From Histomonas meleagridis 2922-C6/04-290x (Eukaryota; Protista; Parabasalia): a stretch of DNA of 64,000 nt. Positions 22,858 through 33,498 of this stretch are shown piece by piece. Where the stretch lies: NCBI GenBank assembly GCA_020184695.1, contig JAANOX010000224.1, positions 1-64,000 of the forward strand, read 5' to 3'. Under the pieces are notes generated by a model. It was not told where the DNA came from. It was given only the letters and a program-made list of their open reading frames with translations, and ran no database searches. Numbering within the stretch: the stretch's first letter is position 1; every line of letters starts with the position of its first letter. A program made the position numbers and the translations under genes.

Positions 22858-25800
22858 ATGCAACTTTTACGGAAACTCGAGCAAATCATATTCAACATAA
22901 ATGAAAAAAATTTTTTACTATCAGTTGATAATACAATACATTGTTTTGACAAAAATTTCCCATACACATTCAATGCTTCCGTATGTTTTTTAGTTTTTTC
23001 TGCTTTTTCTTCACAAAACAATTTAAGTGATGTATACTTAAATTATTTACATTTAATTCAAACAAAGGAAGAAGAAATAAATAATAACATCCCAAAAATC
23101 TTTGATATTTTTTCGTTTCAAATCAATACTATCTTCCAAACTAAAACACAAGAAATATGTTATCTTATTGAAAAAATGATCGTACAAAAATTAGCTCGGC
23201 CAAATATTGATAAAATCACTACAAAATATTTTGCACATTATAAATCAGAAAGATTAAGTAAACTTAAACAAAGTTTTGATTTATTTGAAGATACTTTTTT
23301 AAATAATTATGAAGAACTATCAAAGAATGATTGGGAACTTCATAAAAAGTTAATTAAAGAAGGAGTTAATCCGAATGAAATTGCAAAAATAATTCGAAAT
23401 GATGAAATAGAAAAACTTCAAGAAATATCATCACAATCAAACTTTTATTTTGATCAAACAATTGAACCATCACTTTATGAAAGATGTTCTTTTATTAATG
23501 AAAAGAATGTTACATTAATTGATTATGCAGCATTTTTTGGATCAATTAAATGTTTTAAATATTTACTTATGAATGGTGGAAATTTATCAAATACAGGTAA
23601 ATATGCAATTGCTGGTGGAAATGAAGAAATTATTCATTTATGTGAACAAAATCATTCATCATTTAAAGATGCATATGTAACCGCAATTGAATTTCATCGA
23701 AATGATATCTTTAAATATATTTATGAGAATAAATTCGAAAAACATGATAAAAATTATGTGGATTTGGGATGCATTTGTATTAAAAATGGGAATTATGAGA
23801 TTTTAACATTTTTAGAAAAAGAAGGAATGAAAGTTAATCAAAATATTATTGATGAATCAGCAAGAATTGGAAACTTATATCTTTTTAAATATTTTTTACA
23901 AAATGAGCAAATTCCAATCGATACTTTATTTTTTTCTATAGAATCAAATAACCATGAACTTGTCAAATTTATTATTGATCAAGAAGCAATTGATATTAAT
24001 GCTTATGCTATTTATTCGTTTTATTTAAGATTTACTTTAATAAAACAATGTTTCAAAATAATATTTGGAAATTATTTAAGTTATTTGAAACAGCATTTAT
24101 GAAAGCATCTTATTATGGTCATATAGAAATAGTCAAATTGCTTTTAAAACAGAAAGGAATTGATGTTAATGATGAAGATATTTATTTGTTTTATTTAATA
24201 TTTATTTTAATAATTTTGTATTTCAAAATAATATTTGGAAATTATTTAACTTATTTAAAACAGCACTTATAAAAGCATCTGAAAATGGTCATACAGAAAC
24301 AGTTAAATTACTTCTTGAACAAGAAGGAATTGATATTAATGCTAAAAATATTTATTTATTTTATATAGAATTTATTTTAATAATTTAATATTTCAAAATA
24401 ATATTTGGAAATTATATAAAATATTTTGGACAGCACTTATGATTGCATCTCAAAATGGTCATACAGAAATAGTTAAATTACTTCTTGAACAAGAAGGAAT
24501 TAATATTAATGAGAAAAAAAATATTTATTTGTTTTATTTAATATTTATTTTAATAATTTGATATTTCAAAATAATATTTGGAAATTATTTTAATTATTTA
24601 ATGCTGCACTTATTTTAGCATCTAAAAGTGGCCATATAGAAATAGTTAAATTACTTCTTGAACAAAAAGGAATTGATATTAATGCTAAAAACATTTATTT
24701 GTTTTATTTGGATTTTATTTTAATAATTTTCTATTTCAAAATAATATTTGGGAATCATTTAATTTATTTGATACAGCAATTATTTTAGCATCTAAATATG
24801 ACCATATAGAAATAATTAAATTACTTCTTGAACAAGAAGGAATTGATATTAATGCTAAAGATAAAATTTATTTATTTTAATTTATATTTATTTTAATAAT
24901 TTGATTTTTCAAAATAATATTTGGAAATTATTTAAATTATTTAATACAGCACTTATATATTCATCTAAAAATGGTCATACAGAAATAGTTAAATTACTTC
25001 TTGAACAAGAAGGAATTGATATTAATGTTAAAGATATTTATTTGTCTCATTTAAAATTTATTTTAATAATTTGATATTTCAAAATAATATTTGGAAATTA
25101 TTTAAATTATTTAAAACAGCACTTATATTAGCATCTGAAAATGGTAACAACGAAATCGTTAAATTACTTCTTGATCAAGAAGGAATCGATGTTAATGCTA
25201 AAGATATATATTTATTTTTTTAAAAATTTATCATAATTAATTGAATTTTATAAAAAATATTTGGGAAATATTCCAATAATTTAATACAGCACTTATTTTG
25301 GTGGCTAAAAATAGAATAGTTAAAAATGAAATCATCAAATTATTACTTCAACATAATCAAATCGATATCAACGCCAAAGAAGATGATTAACCTCATTATT
25401 CAAAATTTATTTTGATAATTTTATGTTTAAAAACAAAATTTGAAATTTATTTTTATTTTTTGAAACCGCACTTATATACGCATCTAGATATGGCAAGACA
25501 GAAATAGTTAAAATACTTCTTGAACATGAAGGAAATGACCTCAATGCTAAAGATAATGTCTATTAATTTTCTCTATTATTTGTTGAAATATTATGATATT
25601 TAATAATAATATTTGGAATTTTTGCATGTCTTTTAGAACAGCACTTATATGGGCATCTTTTAATGATCATATAGATATAGTTAAATTACTTCTCCAACAA
25701 AAAGGAATTGATATTAATGCAAAGAGTGATTTTTTCTTCTATCTGGAGTTTATTTATGAAATTTTCTATATCAAATTAATATTTGGGATTTATACTAATT

Positions 25801-26043
25801 ATTTCAAACAGCACTTATGTTGGCAACTCGTAGTGAACGAGTAGATGTAGTTAAATTACTTCTTGAACAAAAAGCAATCGATATTAATCTTAAAAATACT
25901 TATTAATCTCTTTTGAAGTTAATTTTAATAACATGATTTTTCTATTTTAAAATTGGTATTTATTGGAATTATTCGAAACAGCACTCGATATAGCTGTTGA
26001 AAATGGTCAAGATGAAATTGTAAAATTGCTTCAACAAAAATAA
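22858..26043 (+). CDS. DUF3447-type ankyrin protein, locus A (~789 aa after removing 48 17-nt spacers)
   Basis: N-terminal IIRNDEIEKLQE..LIDYAAFFGSIKCFKYL domain, then 12 arrays each followed by a stop-free in-frame TAL.. segment (11 of 30-33 codons, last 21 codons). TAA at 26041-26043. Confidence 0.85.
24010..25977 (+). repeat. 12 ankyrin linker arrays, each exactly 80 nt = 4 x (17-nt spacer + 1 codon)
   Basis: Arrays start at 24010, 24180, 24350, 24523, 24693, 24866, 25036, 25206, 25385, 25558, 25728 and 25898; each was counted at 80 nt. Confidence 0.92.
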
Positions 26044-26506
26044 ACCATTGATGATATCTTAAAAAAGAAATAGATTACTTCAGATCAATAGCATGTTAAA
26101 GAATAAAAATTAATTTAGTACTAAATCAATAATTTGTGAGTAAACTCTATAAATAACAATAGTTTAATTAGTTTTTTCGACTTCTGTGTACTGGATTTTT
26201 AAGTTTAATAAAATCGATATATATCAAATCATTAATAGATGTCAAAAGGATCTACATAAAATATTTTGGATATCAAACAATAGAATTAATTATTAAAAAT
26301 GGCAATCACTAATTAATGTGTGTTTCTAAGTTTCACATGAAAAAAAATCAATTTTTTTCAAAAAAATAAATTGAAAAATCCATTTTATTGATTTTGTAAA
26401 TTAAAAAAAAAATTATATGAACAAAATCAAAAATATATTAGCAAACCCTATTTAAATAATTACAGATAATGTTTGGAATAAATTTTTTCATATTATAAAA
26501 CCATTT

Positions 26507-27286
26507 TTACTCAGGCATATGATCAAAATCATGAAGATCTAAAACATCTGTTTGTGAAACGTATTCCTTTCCTGCTGCTGTTATATGCACAACAGTCACC
26601 CTACCACCACTTCCAGAATCTCTATATGTCGCATGATAGATCGCTTTCCTTCCGAGTGCACAAGCTTCTTCTTTGGTCATATCTGATCTCCAATCAGTAT
26701 CAAGAACACCAAGAGCATAAGTTGAGCCCGAACCAACAGAAAACCTTTTCCCAGCAATTCTTGAGCCGTCATTGTCGACGTAGAATATGTGTGGACCAGT
26801 ATTATCATATCCACAAATCATTGATCCAATGGATAAGTTATAACCTTTGTATTGATACAAATTGTTAACAAGTATTTTGGAGGCTGCAGCAACTGTTAAA
26901 GGTTGTTGATAACGGAATTTGTGAAGTCGATATATTCTACTGAGATTACGAAGCCAATATTGACAATCTGCAGCACCACCAGCCATGGTACCAACCATGT
27001 TCGGTGCAATATCAAGAATCTTCATTACGGTTCCAGAAAAAATAAATGATCCCCCAGTAGCACGTGAATCAACAGCTACAACAATTCCTCCATCATAGAT
27101 AAATGAGAGACAAGTAGTACCATGGTAAGCTGCCATACGTGTTGATCCAGGTGCATCATTAACATAATTAAAATGAAGGTGATCTTTAATAAAACCACAT
27201 GGATCTTGGACTTCAGCTGGTTGAAGAGGAGCATTCTTTTCATCCTTGATATCATTATCTACCGAGGGAAGGTTCAAGCCAAACAT
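26507..27286 (-). CDS. PSMB5: 20S proteasome subunit beta5
   Basis: Propeptide followed by HG/TTCLSF; AVDSRATGG, AGGAADCQYW, SVGSGSTYA and YRDSGSGG motifs. Confidence 0.96.
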   Translation of the reverse strand: MFGLNLPSVDNDIKDEKNAPLQPAEVQDPCGFIKDHLHFNYVNDAPGSTRMAAYHGTTCLSFIYDGGIVVAVDSRATGGSFIFSGTVMKILDIAPNMVGTMAGGAADCQYWLRNLSRIYRLHKFRYQQPLTVAAASKILVNNLYQYKGYNLSIGSMICGYDNTGPHIFYVDNDGSRIAGKRFSVGSGSTYALGVLDTDWRSDMTKEEACALGRKAIYHATYRDSGSGGRVTVVHITAAGKEYVSQTDVLDLHDFDHMPE

Positions 27287-27491
27287 TTGGTAATTTTTTA
27301 AAAAGGTTTGTTTGAACAATTATAGGGAAACAAAAGTGTCACCTAAAATGTAAAAAAAGTGCGCTTTTTATTTTATGCGTTATCAAAAATGATTTTATTC
27401 GTGTTTTATTTTTAAAAACGAGTAACCAAAATCATATGTTTTTAATCACATTTAATTAATGATTGTTAATTAACAATAAATAAAATACATT

Positions 27492-28532
27492 TTATTTTGA
27501 TTTTATTGATTTAAAAAACAAAAGAATGAAAAATACAAAAACAAAAATAACAAATATAGCAATGAAATATGTAAATGAAAAAGAATCCGAATCTTTCTCA
27601 TTTTCATAAATCGAAAAGTATCTATTACAATCACTAATTAATCGATTTATGTTGAATTCAGTACATTCATTAATTCGTTGAAGTGTTTCTTTTGCAGAAA
27701 TCCCGATTTGAATTTGGTTCAAATGCGAAATCAACAAAAGTTTGACGTAACTATTGTATTCGTTTATGTGCAAAAGAATTTGATCCCAAACAACCAAAAG
27801 TTCTTTCAGAGGATGATGATTTAAGAACATCAAATTTATGTATTCATACGCATACGTCTCAGGCTTGATCAAATATGAGTTCAACGCAGAAAATGTTGCG
27901 CCCGAATATTTCCCCATAAATTGCAATATTTGAAAATTGAGGAATTTGTTGTTTTCAAAAATGCCAAACTTTGTTTTTTCATATAGGCCTTTAAAGAGAT
28001 GGAAAATAAATGATTCTGCTATTTGTGAATTAAGATTTAAATATTGACAAAATGATAATGAAATTGTGGAAATAACCCAAACACATAGATCGTGCCCTTG
28101 AGAGTACTTATAGTTAATAATTTCTTTTTGAAAAATTTGGAAAATATTAAGAAACATTTCCTCATTGAATTTTGTTTTATCAATCTTCAATATTTTACAA
28201 TATTCATTAAAAAGAGGAAAAGATGACTTTATGTCACTTAATATTTGTTCAGATATTTGATTTTTGATGTCAAATTGAAAATTACTTTTGATTTGTGAAT
28301 AACTTTGATAAAGTTCTAACAATTTGTTTGCCCAATCCTTTGTTGATTTTTGAGTTTTTGGAATTAATTCTAATTGAAGAAAATAAGGAATAAGTCTTGA
28401 ATAAAATTCTTTATTACAATCAACATCTTGTAAATATTGTATAGCATGTTCAAAAGTTGGCACTCCGGTTGAGTCAAGCATTTCGGATGTGATCTTATCT
28501 GATTGTTGCGTTATTTCTGTTTTTGTTCTCAT
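27492..28532 (-). CDS. Rab-GAP TBC-like domain protein with C-terminal TM anchor (divergent)
   Basis: YKYSQGHDL motif (cf. Y.QG...), ELLVVWDQIL motif, hydrophobic C-terminus. Confidence 0.65.
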   Translation of the reverse strand: MRTKTEITQQSDKITSEMLDSTGVPTFEHAIQYLQDVDCNKEFYSRLIPYFLQLELIPKTQKSTKDWANKLLELYQSYSQIKSNFQFDIKNQISEQILSDIKSSFPLFNEYCKILKIDKTKFNEEMFLNIFQIFQKEIINYKYSQGHDLCVWVISTISLSFCQYLNLNSQIAESFIFHLFKGLYEKTKFGIFENNKFLNFQILQFMGKYSGATFSALNSYLIKPETYAYEYINLMFLNHHPLKELLVVWDQILLHINEYNSYVKLLLISHLNQIQIGISAKETLQRINECTEFNINRLISDCNRYFSIYENEKDSDSFSFTYFIAIFVIFVFVFFILLFFKSIKSK

Positions 28533-28588
28533 CAAAGGAAATTTTACAAAAAGTGCTACAACGATACGTTTTTTCGGCCTTTTTGAAA

Positions 28589-29230
28589 ATGGCCCACAAA
28601 CTTCAGGATGAATGGTCATTTTATGGCTTCACAATGCCAACCTCGGAAGAAGCTAACGAAAGCTACTCGGAACATATTAAGCTTCTTTCTCGTTTTTCCA
28701 CAGTAGAAGAATTCTGGACAGCATATTCACATATCATTCGTCCTTCATCACTTCCAAATCAAGACGCACTTCACATTTTCCGCGGCAAATCAAGGGCTAT
28801 GCGTGAAGATCCAGAACATCAAGATGGTGGGTCATTTCTTTTCCGTGTTTCAAAAGGGTTAGCTTCATATTATTGGGAACAATTGATTCTTGCCCTTATT
28901 GGTGGAAGGCTTCCTGATGATGTTATCGGAATTTTAATTTCTGCTCGTCCAAAATATTACAATATCTCAATTTGGCAGAAAAATGCAGATAATGAAGAGC
29001 TCCGCATGGACATATGTAAGAAATTCTGTGAATATTTACATTTACCATTGCAAACTAGAATTGATTTTTCTAAACATAACAAAGTACTTAGTATTGAAGA
29101 AGATGGCAAACATCCAATACACTATATCTTACAAGAAGATGGGCCAGTATGTAAAGAGATTCAACCAAGGAATAAACCATCTGAAGAAAAGTCTCCATCA
29201 AACCCTGTCAATGCAACACATAACGAATAA
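28589..29230 (+). CDS. eIF4E-family protein (atypical cap pocket)
   Basis: HKLQDEWSFY, FSTVEEFWTAYSHI, EDPEHQDGG, YWEQLILALIG, ISIW. Confidence 0.9.
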   Translation: MAHKLQDEWSFYGFTMPTSEEANESYSEHIKLLSRFSTVEEFWTAYSHIIRPSSLPNQDALHIFRGKSRAMREDPEHQDGGSFLFRVSKGLASYYWEQLILALIGGRLPDDVIGILISARPKYYNISIWQKNADNEELRMDICKKFCEYLHLPLQTRIDFSKHNKVLSIEEDGKHPIHYILQEDGPVCKEIQPRNKPSEEKSPSNPVNATHNE

Positions 29231-29549
29231 AAATATTAAAGTTATAAATTATCTTATGTGTAATTAATAAGAAGCGTGACCTTTCATTTTAATTTTTAAA
29301 TGTTAAATTTAATTTTGAAAAACTCATAATTTTCAGTTGTAATTTAGTTATGAAAGGAAACACATGACGATGTTATCTTTTCTTTTTTTTTTTTTACACG
29401 TGCGTTACTTGTGCTTTTTTTCCTAAATTTGTGAAATCTGGACTTTTTCAGTTGAAAGAAAGTGATCACATATTCAATACGTTATAAATTTTTTGTGAAG
29501 ATACAATAAAAATTGAATGATTATCAAATGATGAGTCCAATTTTTAGAA

Positions 29550-30809
29550 ATGCTCCAAGGTCGACCTCTTGTTGCATGGGAAAGTTATTTTGTCGGCGCT
29601 AAGGTATACCTCCAAATGGCATTAAAATGTAAAGACGCATCGTTGGTAGAGCCAACCCTTCAAAAAATGTCAAAATGTGTTTTAGGTCTACACTCAAAAA
29701 TTGTTGGCAACAATAAAATGTTAACCCAAAAACAGGAGGTTCCAGTATGTGCAATACCAGACAATTTGAACTTAGTTGATGCTTGTCAATACATGTACGA
29801 TAATCATACAAGACCAATGGATCAAACATTAGCAACTCTGGGTGCTAACAAGGATACAATTGTACTTAATGCAAGTCATATAGTTGCAGATGGCGCATAT
29901 CTTTTATATTTATTCAATGCTCTTAGATATGACTCCAAGTTAAATATTCCCAACGAAATCACACCCGTAGACATAGCTTTTAGGGATCAAATCCAAAGTT
30001 CAACGGTTAGATCTAAGTTCAATATCACAGATCCAGATCTTGCTCGATATAATTCCAAAGATCCAACATTTCTTAATCTCTGTGATGTTTCTCATCAAAA
30101 CGTACTTCAATCTTCCATTAAAGACTTCAAATGCTATTCGAATGGAAAAGTTCATGGGTTAACTGATAGTCTTTGGGCCAATATTCTTCTTACTATTGCA
30201 GCCATCAATGGTGATTTTGATCACAGAGCAATTTCGACCACAATAAATCTTCGCCCATACCGCGAATTCGTCGATTTTGGAATTGCATGTGCATTCTCAA
30301 GCTTAACGGTCACCGCTGATGCCGATAAGAACACAACTGTTGGCGAATTTATGAAGCGACTTCGTTCTAATTTCACGACACAAATAAATGCTGGAAATCA
30401 TTTTGGATACTTAAAAGGTATTGAAAATGGAATATCGAATGATGGCATTGATGAGTTGACTGGAGCAGCATTAGAACTTTCACATGTCGGACGCTTTCAA
30501 GTTGGAGGTCCATTTTCAGATGTGTCGATTGGATGCACAACAAAGCATCAATCTATTTATGGATTATATTCATTCGTTTCTTATAGCGTTGAAGATGAAA
30601 ATGGAAGAAATGATTTGGTGAGTAAAATAAGACACGACCCATGCCAAGTTACTGATGAAGATGCATTTTTATATGGAAGGACAATACACCACGCATTAAA
30701 GACAATTGATCCAAAGATAAAATGTGGAGATGCAATAGAAATATTGAAAGAATATTACAAAAAGCTTAGAAAGGAAACAAGAAGTAAGTTAATAAAGTAT
30801 AGGTTTTAA
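29550..30809 (+). CDS. CoA-dependent acyltransferase / condensation-domain-like protein
   Basis: HxxxDG motif (SHIVADG), STTINLRPY and ELSHVGRF motifs. Confidence 0.7.
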   Translation: MLQGRPLVAWESYFVGAKVYLQMALKCKDASLVEPTLQKMSKCVLGLHSKIVGNNKMLTQKQEVPVCAIPDNLNLVDACQYMYDNHTRPMDQTLATLGANKDTIVLNASHIVADGAYLLYLFNALRYDSKLNIPNEITPVDIAFRDQIQSSTVRSKFNITDPDLARYNSKDPTFLNLCDVSHQNVLQSSIKDFKCYSNGKVHGLTDSLWANILLTIAAINGDFDHRAISTTINLRPYREFVDFGIACAFSSLTVTADADKNTTVGEFMKRLRSNFTTQINAGNHFGYLKGIENGISNDGIDELTGAALELSHVGRFQVGGPFSDVSIGCTTKHQSIYGLYSFVSYSVEDENGRNDLVSKIRHDPCQVTDEDAFLYGRTIHHALKTIDPKIKCGDAIEILKEYYKKLRKETRSKLIKYRF

Positions 30810-31065
30810 ATGATAAAATAATTTTTTTTTTTTTTTTTTGTTTGTTTTTTGTTTTTGTTTTTCTAAGAACTTCCAGAAATATATTCCACAGGCAGGTTCA
30901 TGTTCGTCAGTCCAAAAAGAGCAGACAATGAATCACTTCCACTGGTGGATGACTCGGAAATTTGGTATACTTCAACAAACAATAACGAAAAGAAATTTTC
31001 TTGTTGTTTCTAATTCAAAAAGTGAAATTTCCAAACTTTATTTGATACCTCCTGGATCCTGGTTT

Positions 31066-33498
31066 ATGGATCAATCTTTGCTCAAATTCTCGAATTTTCA
31101 AAAAATAAGTACCAAAGATCTTAGAGGATGCAAGTGTATTACTAAGGGCGAAGTTACATATATTTTTACAGGTGATAGACAAGGCTTCCTATACGTAATA
31201 ATCCATAATCTCCAAAGTAATGAAATTAAAATGCTTAAAAAAATACAGGCTCACACCAATGGACTTTCAACTGTTGAATATGTACCAAAATGGAAAGGAA
31301 TTGAAACAATAGTCACAGGCAGTCTTGACAAGAGTGCACGTTTCTGGCGTGTTCAAGATCTTTTAGCTGAAGGAAGTGATGTGAGCAGTTATGATATTTT
31401 TCGAGCGCAAGATAATATTTGCAGAATTGCATTATTAGGAGAACACCAACTTGCTTATCAATCTTGGGATAAACAAACTTACATAATCAGTGAGCGTGAT
31501 GATAAGATTACTCTTAACCATGGTGATTTAGCATCATGGGATATTATTAAATTTTCAGATTTTTTCATAACGGCCGAAGCTAATCATTCCATTAAAGTCT
31601 GGTCCAATACAGGCAAGTTTCTCCACGAGCAAAAAGAAGCGCATTTAGAAGCTGTCCGTGGCTTATTTACATATCGTGTTAATATTTATTCATTTGGAAA
31701 TGACGGAGTACTTAAAGAATGGGAACTTCATTCTCGTTCATATCTACAAGAAACTCGCTCTCTTCAAGTCACAGATTCTTATTTATATTGTTGTGATATA
31801 ATTAATAATCATTGTTATCTTGGAAGCGAATCTGGTTTTATTTATGATATTGATTTACATGAATTTTGTATTAAGGATTCATATGCAACTAATACATCAA
31901 TTTGGAGTATTTGCCATTTTAATATGACTGATATTTACACTGCAGAGTCCACTGGTGTTATTCATTGTTTCACAAAAGATACAAATAAACTTGCAAATCC
32001 CGAACAAGAACAATCATATTTCATTACACTTAAATCACATGAACAACACAATCAAACATTAGAAAGAATGACTCCAAGTGATTTTCCTACAACACTTGAA
32101 GATAATCCTGAGCCAGGACAAGTATATCATATAATGGAAAATGGGAAACTTCAATTTTATTTTTATAGTTTTTCATATGAAAAATGGATATGTATTGGTT
32201 ACCTTAATTTCCGTGAAAAGAAACCAAAGATTTTAGACCAAGAAGGGAATTTGTGGGACACATCTTTCACTATTATGATTAATGATAATACGTCTTTACG
32301 TTGTTATTTAAATTATGATTCTGATCCTGATGAAATTGCAAATAATTTTATTCAAAAGCATAAATTACCAAATTTCTTTTTACCACAAATCAAAGAATTT
32401 ATAAAGATAAATATTATGTCACAAATGCCTAAAACCACTACTAAACTAAAACAAGGAGAATTTAAAGGAGAAAATTGGTTTATCCATTATTTTGGTTTTG
32501 AAGAAACATTAACAAATGTATATAAAAATATACAAATAATTCCAAAAGAAAATTACAACGAAATTATTTCATTAACAAATAGAAGACATTTTTCAGCGGG
32601 AACTTTTAACTTATATTCTCCAAAAGATTTCCAAAATTTACCAATTAGGGGAAATGGCCGATTTTTCATTATTAAAGGTAAAGGCGGGAAATCAATTGAA
32701 GATGTATTAAGACAACAAAATGATCCAAATTATAATGGCGCGACGTTTCAATGCGCGTCTAATTTTAATTGTTTAGAATTCCCAAGTATTAACTCATGTG
32801 CAAGCGATGGTATTTCTTCATATGCAATTGATCTTACACAAGGACCAACATTAGCCATAGCTTCCCCCGCTGGTATATTATATCGTAACTATTTTATTGA
32901 GCATGATAATGTTAAAGGACAAATTAAATCCGAAATTAATTTACTTCAAAAGACGCCTATTAAAGTTATACATGGAAAAGCTGTAATTAAATCAAATGAT
33001 ATCGATTCGTTCAATAGATATAATTGGGAAGATGAAAATAATTATTTAGTTGGCGTACATGAAAATCTCGATGTTAATACAAATAGAGGCGATGGGAAAT
33101 GGGTTTATAAAGAATCTGTGAAGGATCAAATGGTACATCAAATATTTTGCGCTGCATTTAACTTTAGAATGTGCCCGAAAACTGAACAAACTTTGAATTG
33201 GACTTATCACATGCTACGATCGGAATATAGAACAACGATTTTGGCAGCGTGGAATAACTCTCTGAAGTACCCGGGAAGAACCGGATCAAATAAATGCGTA
33301 CTGACGTTGGTTGGTGGTGGAGTGTTCGATAATCCAATGGAAGTGGTGTGTAAGGCAATAGAAGCTAATGAAGACGTGATTGCGAAGTCTGGATTGGAGG
33401 TGTACTTGGTGTGTTTTGATGATAGAGCATCAACAAAAGTTTGCCCACTGTTAAATGGTTTAGTAGAAAGAACTAATGGAGGAATTTTTGATGCATGA
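31066..33498 (+). CDS. PLAA/Doa1-like WD40 + PFU protein fused to an uncharacterised C-terminal domain
   Basis: WD40 repeats, WDTSFTIMIND..L..NYDSDPDEIANNFIQKHKLP (PFU-like), then an ATFQCASNFNCLE..DLTQGP domain. ATG 31066 is chosen within ORF 30838-33498. Confidence 0.7.
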   Translation: MDQSLLKFSNFQKISTKDLRGCKCITKGEVTYIFTGDRQGFLYVIIHNLQSNEIKMLKKIQAHTNGLSTVEYVPKWKGIETIVTGSLDKSARFWRVQDLLAEGSDVSSYDIFRAQDNICRIALLGEHQLAYQSWDKQTYIISERDDKITLNHGDLASWDIIKFSDFFITAEANHSIKVWSNTGKFLHEQKEAHLEAVRGLFTYRVNIYSFGNDGVLKEWELHSRSYLQETRSLQVTDSYLYCCDIINNHCYLGSESGFIYDIDLHEFCIKDSYATNTSIWSICHFNMTDIYTAESTGVIHCFTKDTNKLANPEQEQSYFITLKSHEQHNQTLERMTPSDFPTTLEDNPEPGQVYHIMENGKLQFYFYSFSYEKWICIGYLNFREKKPKILDQEGNLWDTSFTIMINDNTSLRCYLNYDSDPDEIANNFIQKHKLPNFFLPQIKEFIKINIMSQMPKTTTKLKQGEFKGENWFIHYFGFEETLTNVYKNIQIIPKENYNEIISLTNRRHFSAGTFNLYSPKDFQNLPIRGNGRFFIIKGKGGKSIEDVLRQQNDPNYNGATFQCASNFNCLEFPSINSCASDGISSYAIDLTQGPTLAIASPAGILYRNYFIEHDNVKGQIKSEINLLQKTPIKVIHGKAVIKSNDIDSFNRYNWEDENNYLVGVHENLDVNTNRGDGKWVYKESVKDQMVHQIFCAAFNFRMCPKTEQTLNWTYHMLRSEYRTTILAAWNNSLKYPGRTGSNKCVLTLVGGGVFDNPMEVVCKAIEANEDVIAKSGLEVYLVCFDDRASTKVCPLLNGLVERTNGGIFDA

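Noticed and set aside
24048-24272. ORF-track fragments 24048-24272, 25593-25844 and 38029-38211 as separate genes
   Set aside because: They are artefacts of reading through spacer arrays into or out of single ankyrin segments.
24010-25977. Treating each 80-nt insert as one GT-AG or AT-AC intron ending at the ACAG of Thr-Ala
   Set aside because: GT is not conserved, AG is absent in two repeats, and AT-AC joins are out of frame. Single-excision models keeping four codons create stops in some repeats, and a three-codon version gives an invariant Phe where ankyrins need Gly.
22858-26043. Alternative genetic code (TAA/TAG read as Gln) explaining the ankyrin stops
   Set aside because: Conserved genes in the window end in TAA/TAG/TGA normally, and the 80-nt inserts shift the frame regardless of stops.
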